A stretch of 32,000 nucleotides of DNA from Acaryochloris marina MBIC11017 (GCF_000018105.1 NC_009925.1:3720001-3752000); one strand, 5' to 3'; positions 17,122-28,100 are shown, counted from the stretch's first letter. Translations and numbers: made by a program. The notes: generated from the sequence alone by a model not told the origin.

Positions 17122-17433
17122 ATGAGACTAGCAGAATTAACACAATCACAATTTTCAGACTATTTAGGGGATGCGTTCCGAATCGAAGGAGAATTGGAGG
17201 CATGCCTGAACCTTCAGTTGATTGAGGCGACCCATCTATCATCAGGACGCCATACGAAGTCCAACGGTCAACGTCCAGAACCTTTTGCTTTAGTTTTTCA
17301 AGGACCGCAAACTAGCCCTTTAGATCAAGCGACTTATCAGCTACAGCACGAGCATTTGGGAGAGCTGCCTGTGTTCTTGGTGCCTATTGATCAGGATGAA
17401 GAAGGGGTCTACTACGAGGCAATTTTTAATTAG
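17122..17433 (+). CDS. Small signal-less protein (103 aa), paralog of the ORF at 15761-16192, directly upstream of the tail-collar triad
   Basis: It shares FALVFQGPQ...ATYQLQHEHLGELPVFLVPI....GVYYEAIFN with the Tat-signal paralog. GTG at 17107 is an alternative start. Confidence 0.62.
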   Translation: MRLAELTQSQFSDYLGDAFRIEGELEACLNLQLIEATHLSSGRHTKSNGQRPEPFALVFQGPQTSPLDQATYQLQHEHLGELPVFLVPIDQDEEGVYYEAIFN

Positions 17434-17501
17434 GCTGACAGCATAATTCTGCAAGATAGCCACTGTTGAATGATTTATTTCAAATTGTGAGGGTATTGCT
17501 T

Positions 17502-18002
17502 ATGTCAGAACCGTTTTTAGCAGAAATACGAATAGTAGGCTTTAATTTTGCTCCGCGAGGTTGGGCTTTTTGCGATGGGCAAATTTTGCCGATTAATCAA
17601 AATCAATCACTTTATTCACTTTTAGGTACGACCTATGGCGGAGATGGTCGCACATCTTTTGCCCTGCCTGATTTGCGGGGGCGAACACCGATTCATGTCA
17701 GCAGTAGCCATCTCCAGGGACAAAAGGGAGGTGAAGAAACCCATACCTTGGCTGGGAATGAAATGCCACAACATACCCATCAACTTCAAGCCTCATCTAG
17801 TGCTGCGAATAACCCTATTCCGACTGGCCATGTGTTGGGAGAGGTCTCATCTGGGTTGTATCACAGCAATACTAACTCTGTAGCACTGCTTGCGGGCACA
17901 GTGACTAATGTTGGAGGTGGTCAGGGACACGATAATATGCAGCCCTATCTCGCTGTTAACTTCTGCATTGCCTTACAAGGTCTTTTCCCGTCCAGAAATT
18001 AG
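17502..18002 (+). CDS. Phage-tail-collar-domain protein, paralog 1 (166 aa)
   Basis: The start is MSEPFLAEIRIVGFNFAPRGWAFCDGQILPINQNQSLYSLLGTTYGGDGRTSFALPDLRGR, the hallmark of the Collar domain (Pfam PF07484 by recollection). HTH lies at 17772-17780. The C-terminus is GGGQGHDNMQPYLAVNFCIALQGLFPSRN. ATG at 17502 is preferred over the upstream alternative start in the track. Confidence 0.85.
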   Translation: MSEPFLAEIRIVGFNFAPRGWAFCDGQILPINQNQSLYSLLGTTYGGDGRTSFALPDLRGRTPIHVSSSHLQGQKGGEETHTLAGNEMPQHTHQLQASSSAANNPIPTGHVLGEVSSGLYHSNTNSVALLAGTVTNVGGGQGHDNMQPYLAVNFCIALQGLFPSRN

Positions 18003-18017
18003 TAGGAGATATCACTT

Positions 18018-18536
18018 ATGTCAGAACCTTTTGTTGGTGAGATCCGTATGTTTGCAGGCAATTTTGCCCCGCGTGGATGGGCGTTCTGTGATGGGCAACT
18101 GCTGGCTGTGTCCCAAAATGATGCTTTATTTTCTTTGCTTGGCACGATTTATGGCGGTGATGGTCGAACTACCTTTGGATTACCCGATCTGCGGGGACGT
18201 ATTCCCATTCATGCAGGGACAGGTCCAGGGCTTTCCCAGCGTAGGCTAGGTGCGAAAAGTGGTGTTGAGCAAGTCACCTTGACTGCAAATCAGCTACCCA
18301 GCCACACTCATACATTGCAAGCCTCAACTGACTTAGCTGATCAAACGGCACCACAGGGCAACGTCATAGCCCAGCCCTCAACACTGTCTCTCTATGCCCA
18401 AGAACCTATTGATACCAATATGAATGTTGCTGCCATTACCAGTGTGGGAGGGAGTCGAACGCACTCCAACCTACAGCCATTTGTATGTATCAATTTCATT
18501 ATTGCTTTGTTGGGTATCTACCCATCCCGTAACTAA
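18018..18536 (+). CDS. Phage-tail-collar-domain protein, paralog 2 (172 aa)
   Basis: It starts 15 nt after paralog 1, with an AGGAGA RBS. The first 60 aa are 44/60 identical to paralog 1 and 48/60 to paralog 3 (hand count). HTH lies at 18303-18311. Confidence 0.88.
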   Translation: MSEPFVGEIRMFAGNFAPRGWAFCDGQLLAVSQNDALFSLLGTIYGGDGRTTFGLPDLRGRIPIHAGTGPGLSQRRLGAKSGVEQVTLTANQLPSHTHTLQASTDLADQTAPQGNVIAQPSTLSLYAQEPIDTNMNVAAITSVGGSRTHSNLQPFVCINFIIALLGIYPSRN

Positions 18537-18546
18537 GGAGTGTTAC

Positions 18547-19065
18547 ATGTCCGAACCTTTTATTGCCGAAATTCGCATTTTTGCAGGCAACTTTGCACCA
18601 CGAGGTTGGGCCTTTTGTGATGGGCAATTGTTACCTGTTTCCCAAAACACCGCGCTCTTTTCTTTAATTGGCACAACCTATGGCGGTGATGGTCGTAGCA
18701 CTACGGCATTGCCTAATCTACAAGGACATGCGCCGATGCATCCAGGACGTGGTCCAGGTTTAACGTCTCGTAGTCTAGGTCAGAAGGGCGGAGCAGAAAT
18801 AATTACACTGTCTGAAGCTCAAATGCCTAACCATACCCATACGTTAAGAGCAACTTCGGAAACTGCTGAGCTTCAAGAACCTGGAACAGATCGGGCACTG
18901 GCTCGTTCTTCTCGGGGACTTGCCTATCAATCTGCTGCGACTAACCTCGTTACTATGGCTGACCTCCCTAATGCGGGAGGGAGCCAATCCCATAACAATA
19001 TGCAGCCCTATTTAGCTGTCAATTTTATTATTGCTTTGCAAGGGCTCTATCCATCGCGCAGCTAA
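18547..19065 (+). CDS. Phage-tail-collar-domain protein, paralog 3 (172 aa)
   Basis: It starts 10 nt after paralog 2, with an AAGGAG RBS. HTH lies at 18832-18840. The track ORF from 18424 is an upstream extension overlapping paralog 2. Confidence 0.88.
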   Translation: MSEPFIAEIRIFAGNFAPRGWAFCDGQLLPVSQNTALFSLIGTTYGGDGRSTTALPNLQGHAPMHPGRGPGLTSRSLGQKGGAEIITLSEAQMPNHTHTLRATSETAELQEPGTDRALARSSRGLAYQSAATNLVTMADLPNAGGSQSHNNMQPYLAVNFIIALQGLYPSRS

Positions 19066-19084
19066 TTGTCTAGTTTTTAGACTG

Positions 19085-19119
19085 TTGGTGGTTAGCTTCA
19101 AACTAGCCACCAATTTTTG
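19085..19119 (+). terminator. Rho-independent terminator of the tail-collar operon, in the 90-bp gap to the convergent giant gene
   Basis: ttggtggttag (19085-19095), 7-nt loop, ctagccaccaa (19103-19113; one G-U pair), then TTTTT (19114-19118). Confidence 0.7.
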
Positions 19120-19155
19120 TCTGAGCGTAGACCGGGACAGTCATACTTGGGTCAA

Positions 19156-22100
19156 TTAAGGAGGGGTGGGGCAAGAAACACCACCACTGAAGGTGAGGCC
19201 GGCATCAATAGTGGTGTTGTCAGCCACACCATTATTGCGTCCTGTTAAATAGGTTTCTACATCTGTTGCACTGGTCCCCAATCCTGTGAAGCCCGGCAAA
19301 ACAAACGAATCTGTGCTGCTTCTCAATCTCAAGCGAATATCAATAACCCCGGCTTCTGTCGTGATTGTGTTAGCTAGCGCACCAGCCCCGCCAATATCAG
19401 CGCAAGCATTTATGTCGTCAGTTGTCGAGCCTGAGGCACCAGATTGAAAGAAAATGCCTGGTAGGCCAAATATATTGGATTGTGTCAACGTGTTACCGGT
19501 GATTGTTGCATTGAATGTGTTGTCTCCATCTCTAGCAAATAGTCTAACAACTTCATTAAAGCCATCATTGACGAGTGTGTTATCAGTAATTGTGATTGTC
19601 AATGTTCCGTTACCCTGAGCAATTGCTTCAATAGGTTCACCGAAATTATTCGTATCGGTCAGACTAATAAAATTGTTGTCAATATTGCCCTGTAAGCGTC
19701 CAGATGTTGTCGATTGACTACCCAGTAGCACGTTAATCCCATCAGAAGCTGCATTGCTAAAGAGCACGGGATTACCTGCTGTTCCGTGATTTCGGATGTC
19801 GAAATTTACGACTGCATTTAGATTCGACGTAATCTGACCAAACGTATTTGTTCCAGTGATGGTGTTTCCATCTAACACCACATCAGCTGTCCCTTGATCC
19901 GTGACATTAATGATGAAAGCGCTGGCAGGAATATTCTGAATGGTGTTATTGGCAATATTGGCCGTTGTTAAGACTGAAGTTCCCGTCCCTTCGTAGACAA
20001 AGGCACTGTCTTGCGTATTATTCGAGATAGTATTGCCTGTTAAGGTCAAGCTGCTAAGCGTGCCCGAACTATTGCGAATATCAATGCCAAAGGATTGACT
20101 ACTATCGATGAGACTATTGGTAATGGATACTGCGCCAGTGACTCCATTGAGAGGTGTTGTTGTATCACCAAACTGAATTCCAGATTCTCCGTTAGCATTG
20201 CCGTTACGGAGAATGCGCCCGCTGGTCAGGGTAAACCCATTCACGTTGTCGCCAAAAATACCATCATCGCCGCCATCGGTGACATCTATAAAGCTGAGTG
20301 AAATATTTTGGGCATTACTCAAACGGATGCCTGCCCCTGTGCTGTTATCAATGAGCCCTCCCGATCCTAAGGTTGCTCCATCTCCTGTCACATTGAAACC
20401 GCCACTACCAACATTATTTAAATTGATGCCATTAGTTCCACCATTTGCTGAAATGCTCTGAAAAGTGACTCCACTTGTACCTATCGTGGTGTTGGCTATA
20501 TTGAGCGCTGTGGTTGCCCCGGAATTAATTGTGTTGGCTGTACCCGTAACATTCACTGTGCCCCCGTTGGTGGCATTGAAGCCTATGCCTGTAGTGGTAT
20601 CGATATCTAAATTGCTACCTGCAAAATTAATCGTAGCGCCAGTATTGCTGGTCAAATTGACCGCATTGACCGTCCCAGAATTCAACGTGAGGGGACCCGT
20701 AATGGCGACCGTACCCCCTGTCTTATTCGCCACATTGACATTGCGAGCGCTGAAAGCTGTTCCAGTTCCACGGGTAATAGTGATATTACCCGTCCCACCA
20801 TTCGCGTTGAGTAATGCCCCAGCAACATTGATAGTGTTGTTCTGGGCGGTCACATTCGTCGTCAGGTTCGCAACATTGAAGACCGTAGCATTGGCACTAA
20901 CATTTTGAATGACATTGTTCTGAATCGTGATACCCGTGCCATTACTGAACCCAGCGGTGGCATTATCAATATCGAAAATGTTAGCCGTGCCAGTGCTGTA
21001 TTCAAAGGTATTGTGCTCGATGGTATTGTTGCCCCCTAGTGTCAAGACATCGCTACCCGCTGTTGAGTTGGTGATCACGGCAGAGTTGGCTGTGATAGTC
21101 CCCCCGACTGTACTGAACGTGCCTAAAATATTGGCCGGTTTTATAGACCCAAACGATACCGAGTTAGTGTTGGCAAAACCTGTAATGCTTTGACCTGTCG
21201 CCAGGGTAAAGCCTGTAGCTCCCTGGGCCGTTACATCAATATTGCCGATAAAGGCAAAGGTTTCGGTTCCGGCCAATAGATCCGCCGCAGCTACAGAGAT
21301 CGTACTGATGGATTGACTTAGGCCAAAGCTCCCAGCGGTGAGCGTGCCGCCATTCTGACTGACAAAGGTGGCTGAGGCTGCACCCGCAGGGAAATTCGCT
21401 GCATCGCCTGCACCAAACGTGACATCTTCAAAATCAAAACTGGAGGCGGCTAGGGTGCCATTCCCGGCATCTACGGTGAAGGCTCCTGCTTGAGCGTTGA
21501 CATTAATGCTGGACCCGGTATCACTGGCAGATTCACCATCGCCAAAGGTAAACTGAACCGCCGCAGTATTATCGATGACGACCCCTCGGTGCAGATCCGT
21601 AATACTGCTGGATGGGCCTGTTGCTGGTGTGGTTTGGGTCCCTAGATTGACAGTCTGATTGCCAGCCAATGCGGTTAAATCAACCCCGATAGAGTTAGTC
21701 GAGGTATCAGGACCAGAAATGGCGACTGAGTTATAGGCCGCAGTCCCTGATAAGGTGGCTCCATTGAAGTTGATGCCGACCTGATTGGCGGCAGCCCCCA
21801 CATCTGTAATTGTGGTGGTACCGAACGTTGTTGCAGCGTTCGTGCCGACATAGCGAATGCCACTCGTGCTGGCGGTTGTCCCCAGGTCGATATTGACGGT
21901 GCCAAAGGTGAGGGTGCCACTATTGCTGGTTAAGGCAATGGCATTACCTGTGGGGCTGTTAACGGTTGTAGTGCCAGTGACTGCAAAGGAACCCGTCAAA
22001 GTGTTGAGGGAAATACCACTGGCTCCTGCTGTAGAAGAGACGGTATCAACAGTAATGTTAGACGCAATTCCATTGAGGTTGATAGCCTGACCAGATGTTG

Positions 22101-25100
22101 TGGTGACGGACTCATCCCCTGCTGTAGCCGCTACACCCACTGTGCCGCCAGTGGTGGCATTCAAGCCTGTGCCTGTGGTGGTATCAATGTTTAAACCACC
22201 ATTGAAATTGATAGTGCTGCCTGTATTGTTGGTGAGGTTAATGCCAGGGGCAGTACTGGTATTGGCAGTAACTAAGCCATTAAAAGCGGTGGTGTTTCCG
22301 GTTTTGTTGTTGATATTGACCGCACTGGCTGCATTATTTTGGGTAATGGTGCCAGCGTAGGTGACGGAGGCGGTGCTGGTGTCTTCATTAAACGCAGTTC
22401 CTGATGGGCTGGTGATGGACGTATTGGCACTAAAGGTGAACGTGCCCGCAGACCCATTGAGGATATCAATTCCAGCATCACCACCATTCAGAGTTGTAGT
22501 GCCGTTGAAGTTGTAGGTGCCATCAGCATTATTAAACTGCAGGCCATTGCCATTCGTGGCATTAATGTTGGTTGTGTTGGCAAAAGTGATGGTGCCTGTA
22601 TGCCCACTTTGAACATTAACGGCGCTAACATTATTGGCCTGAGCAATCGAACTGGTGCCGTTATAGTTGATATTGGCTGCACCACCGTCAACATTCAAAC
22701 TAATGCCAGTGGGACTGGTGATAGTTGTGTTTGCAAAGGTGAATGTGCCTGCAGACCCATTGAGGATATCAATTCCAGCATCACTGCCATTCAGGGTTGT
22801 GGTGCCGTTGAAGTTGTAGGTGCCATCAGCATTGTTAAACTGCAAGCCATTGCCATTCGTGGCACTTAGCATTCCAGTTTGGAAGGTGACCGTTCCTGTA
22901 GAATGGCCGCCCGTTACATTGACCGTGCTGGCATTATTGGCCTGAGCGATACTGCCGCTATAGGTAATGCTGGCCGTACCCCCATTGAGATTGAATGCTG
23001 TACTTGTGGGATTGGTGATGGAGCTAGCGGTATCAAAATCAAAGGTGGCGTTGCCTCCGCTGATATCCACGCCAATACCGGTGGCGTTGGTGATGTCTAA
23101 ATTATCGATGTTGATGGTGCCAGCGGCATTGGTAAAGACGACCCCCCCAGCTAGGGATACATTCTGGAGGGTAGTTGTCCCGGTAGCATTTGTGATTTGA
23201 AGCGATGTCCCCGTGGTGCCCGTACTGGTGATATTAGAGAGCATCGTATCCGCAGCATTAACAATGACATCAGTGTTATTGCCGCTAAAGGTGACATTGT
23301 TGAGGGTGGTATTGGTCGAAGGTGTAATTTCAATCCCAGTAGTGAAATTCTGGATGGTTGTGTTTTGAATGGTGGTATTGTTTGCACCTGTTAAACCTGC
23401 GATCGCACGGGTAGCCGTACTACTACCATCGAAGATCACATTCTGAATCGTATTGTTATTCGCCAGGGTGATAACGTTATTCCCAGCGCTAGTACTGAGG
23501 ACCGCAGCACCATTCCCCGTGGGATCTGTGATGTTGGTACTTGGGAAAGTACCTAATACATTAGCGGGTTGCTGAAAACCAAAGGTTTGACCATTACCAA
23601 ACCCATCGATGGCATCGCCAGTACCCAGGGTAAAGCTATTGCCTGCCGCCGCCAGCAGCGTATCAAAGTTATAGGTAGTGCCATTGTTGATAAAGACAAA
23701 GGTGTTGACGGTAGCCAAATTCGCTTGAGTTTGAGCAGCAGCAACACTAGCGGCTTGAGTTGGAGAGCTACCATTCCCCGTCCCCGTATCAGAGACAAAG
23801 AAGAGCTGCCCCGCGACCCCGGCTCCACCTGGGAAGTTGGGATTGCCCGTAAAGGTGACATCGTTAAAGTTATAGGTGCCACTAGCAGGATCTAAACCGA
23901 CAGCCTGCACTGTAAAGCCACCCGCTGTGACGCTAATTGTACTTGCTTGATCGACGGTATCTTCACCATCCCCAAAGATAAAGTTGACGTTTGCCGTTGT
24001 TCCGACGGCTTGACTGGAAGACAGCTCTACTCCAATTTCGACATTGGCGATGGAACTGGGAGTGTCCGTACCTGGGTTCATTGAGTCACCCACCTGGATC
24101 AGACGATTGCCGAGGGTGGAGGACAAGTCGATACCCACAGACCCTGCAGTTCCCGTTCCTGCAATGTTCAAAGACGTAAACCGGACCCCACCTACTGGAT
24201 CAGACCCAGCAAAATCGACTCCCGTATCGTCTCCGAAATTCGTAATGCTGGTGTTGCCAAAGGCAATAGCTCCATTATTAACCCCTTCAATATCAATACC
24301 CGCTGCATCAATCACACGAGGCGTGAATAATGGTGTGGGGACAATCGGCGCTCCAGGGTTACTGATATTGGTCGTGCCAAAGGTAACGTTGCCTGGATTA
24401 TTAGAAATAAGAATGCCATCTTCAACAGTGGTGTTGATAGTGGTAGTTCCTGTGGCGGTGAAGGTTCCTGTATTCCCTGTCAATTGAATGCCTACAGTGG
24501 GTCCTCCGTTAGTCAGGACATTACCTGTGGCTGGAGTGATTGTAGAGGGGGCAATACTAATTGAATTGAAAGCAAAGTTCGCGCTGGAGTTGCTAATATT
24601 TATCCCTTGCGTTGTTCCTGCACTAGGATTAGGACTAAAGAATTGTGCACCTATCTCTTGAGAAATTTCTGGTGCGGTAATAGAAGTTGCCCCAGTGACC
24701 GTGAATGAGCCTGTGACTTGATTAGCCACAAATCCACTGTCAAATCCATCCCCATTTAAATTTAGACTAGATAGAGTGATTTCAGAATTGACCTGGTTAA
24801 GGTCAATTTGGCCCGCATCGACATTGCCATCTAAGATCCGAATCGTCAAATCAGCACTACTCGCATTGGTTAAGATGGCGGCATTGGTTACGTTGGCATT
24901 GAATTGGTCAAAGCGAATCGTTCCTCTACTGCTCCGGCCAGTATCAAGTGTTGCTGCAGTAAAGCCAAAAGAAGTCCGTTCCGTGGGACTGCCAAGGGTT
25001 AAGGTACCCCCCTGTACTTCTTGCAAACCCGCCGTGTTGGGATCTGCATCAAACACGACCCCGTCAAACCGGAAGCCGTTCGCCATAAAAGCGGGATTGA

Positions 25101-28100
25101 AGGCTGTGGAATCTCCTTGCAGCGTGTTGTTACTAAAATCGGTAACGATTAAGCCTTCTGTAATGCCCTGAATAACAACCCCCTGATCTTCTGTTTTGAA
25201 GATGCTGTTGGCAATGGATAGTACTAACTGATCGTCATCACGGGTTTCTGCAAACACCCCAAAATCCAAGCCTCCAATACTGGCAGTGGCATCATGAATG
25301 ATAGAAATGCCGTCGATTGCCACCGTGAGGTTGCGAGTCGTTGTAACATCATTCTGAATAATAGAAAAGCTATTTTGATTGCCGCCCACTGGTGAGCTGA
25401 GGGTGCCGCCATTCACGGTAAATGCGCCATCTAAATTACTGAGGGTTATCCCAGAACCAGAGGTTGACCGAGTGGCGCTAATGGAATTGAAGGTTGTATT
25501 CACTGTACTATCGGCAATATTGACGGCCAGACCATCCGTAGTGACGACGGTGTAGGTGCCTGTAGAGCCCATTGCCCCCACATTGACCGTACTGCCTGTG
25601 ACATTGAATCCAATGGCTGTCGTTGTATCTATATCTAGTCCGCCTGTAAAGCTGACCGTGCTTCCCGCATTACTTGTTAGATTCACTCCAGTTGCCGTAC
25701 CGGTATTGGCGGTGACTAAGCCATTAAAGGTGGTGGTGCCTCCAGTCTTGTTGTTGATATTGATGGCACTAACCGCATTATTTTGAGTAATCGTGCCGGT
25801 ATAGGTAACAGTTGCAGTACTTGTATCTTCGTTGTAGGCAATTCCGGTTGGATTCGTGATGGCGGTATTGGCAAACGCAAAGGTGCCTCCAGAGCCATTG
25901 AGAATATCAATACCCGCATCCCCGCCATTGAGCGTAATCGGACTATTAAAGGTGTAAGTTCCATCAGCGTTGTCAAACTGCAACCCATTGCCGTTAGTGG
26001 CATTGATGGTGGTGGCCGCATCAACCGTCAAGGCACCCGTGTGTCCCCCGCTAACGTTGACTGTGGCTAACGGATTGCCGTTGTTGAGGGTGGAGCCTGT
26101 AATATTGACGTTTACAGTGCCGCCATTAAAGTCCACCGTTGGCAACGTAGACTGTTGAATCGTGGCTGTTCCCGCTAGACCTGTACCAGAAACGGCTGGC
26201 CCATTACTGCCATTATCCAGAACGACTCCATTGATAGTGTTGTTATTGGCGAAGGCCACGGTTGCAGGCGTTCCTGCTCCCGTGGTGGTCAAGGTAGGGA
26301 CTCCGTTACCAGTCGTGTCTGTAATTGACCCTGTTGAGGCATTCAGTAGCACATTGCCGGGACCAGCAAACGGAACATTGATTGTGGATCCGTTGCGGAA
26401 ACTGAGAATTTGTTGATTAGCAGTCAGGTCAAAAGAGCCCCCTGCATTGATGGCATCAATGACATCTGTTCCAGATGTATTCACCAAGATAAAAATATCG
26501 GCCGTTGGGCTGGCCTCTGCAGCGGTAATACTGCCTGGATCTGTAATCGTGGCTCCTGAGCCATTCGTATTCTGATCAACGAAGAATAACTCAGGGAACG
26601 TAAACCCAAGTCCCGGACTGCCTGCAAAGGCAACATCTCGGAAGTTATAGGTGCCATTTGTCCCCACAGCACTGGCATCAATGGGAGTCGTCGCTGCAAT
26701 CGTACTGGGAGCATCCACCGTCAACTCCCCATCCCCAAAGATAAAGTTGGCATTGGCATTATTCAATTGCACCCCAACACTCACCCCCGCAATCGAACTG
26801 GGCGTATCTCCATTGATATTGGCTGGATCACCTAAGGTAATCACCCGATTACCCGTGGTATTCGTCAGGTCAATCCCCGTGCCCACATTGCCCGTATTCG
26901 TAATCGCCACCGTGGGAGCCGTGACGCCGACATTCGCCCCCGCCAGATTAATCCCTGTTCCCGTAAAGCCATTAATCGTCAATGCCCCCAAGTTAAACAC
27001 TGTGGTGGCATCATTAATTCCTGAAAGATCCAAGCCATCTAACCCAGCGTTGGTGATGGTCACGGGACCAAAGGTATAGGTCCCTGTACTATTGGTCGCT
27101 AAGAACCCATCTCCAGTGGTGTTGGCAATCGTAGTGGTTCCAGATACCCCCACCGAACCTGTTACTGTATCCAGGTTGATGCCATTCGTTCCCCCAGTCG
27201 AAGACACTGAATCAAAGGTGATGTTGGCCGCTATATTGTTGAGATTCAGAGCAGTGCCACTGGTCGTGGTGACCGATTCATCCCCACTTGTGGCAGTGAC
27301 ATTGACGGTGCCGCCATTGGTGGCGTTAAATCCAGTCCCTGTGGTGGTATCAATATCTAAGCCCCCATTAAAGGCAACAGTATTCCCGGTATTGTTGGTC
27401 AGGTTCACTCCAGGAGCAGTACTAGTATTAGCCGTCACCAACCCATTAAAGGTGGTTGTCCCTCCTGTCTTATCCGCAATATTGACCGCACTGGCTGGAT
27501 TATTTTGGGTAACCGTACCGTTATACGTAACGGTTGTGGTTCCACCGGCAACATTGAATGCTGAACTCGTGGCATTGGTAATGGAGCTGGTGTCGTCAAA
27601 AGTGAAGGTGGCATCACCGCCTGTAATATCGATACTGTTATCGCCAGCATTGGTGATATCGACATTAGTGGCCGTAATCGTTCCTGATGGGTTGGCAAAC
27701 TGGAGACCGTCTCCACCTGAATTGGAGATATTGACATTGGTGAGGGTGGTGGTGCCTGTGGCATTGAGAATCTGAATGGCGGGACCCGTGGCGTTGGTGC
27801 TCGCAACGTTGGCTAAGGTCGTATTGGCGGCATTGACGATGGCATCTGTAGCGTTGTTGTTGAAGACCACATTGTCGATGGTGGTGTTGGTGGAGGGGGT
27901 GATCTGAATGCCAGCGATGGTGAAGTTCCCGAGGCTGCTGTTGCGGATGGTGGTGTTGGTGGCTCCTGTAACGGCAGCTATTCCCCGAGGAGCTGTATTT
28001 TGACCATTGAAGGCAAGACCATCGATGGTGTTGTTATTGGCGAGGGTGAGGACGTTGTTGTTGGCACCATTGACCAGTTGGGGTTGTCCGGCATCGAAGA

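Noticed and set aside
17635-18249. Alternative-frame ORFs (82 and 113 aa) inside the tail-collar genes, and the 5' extension of paralog 3 from 18424.
   Set aside because: The collar-domain frames are strongly supported by three-way paralogy and RBS-ATG spacing. The others are frame artefacts.
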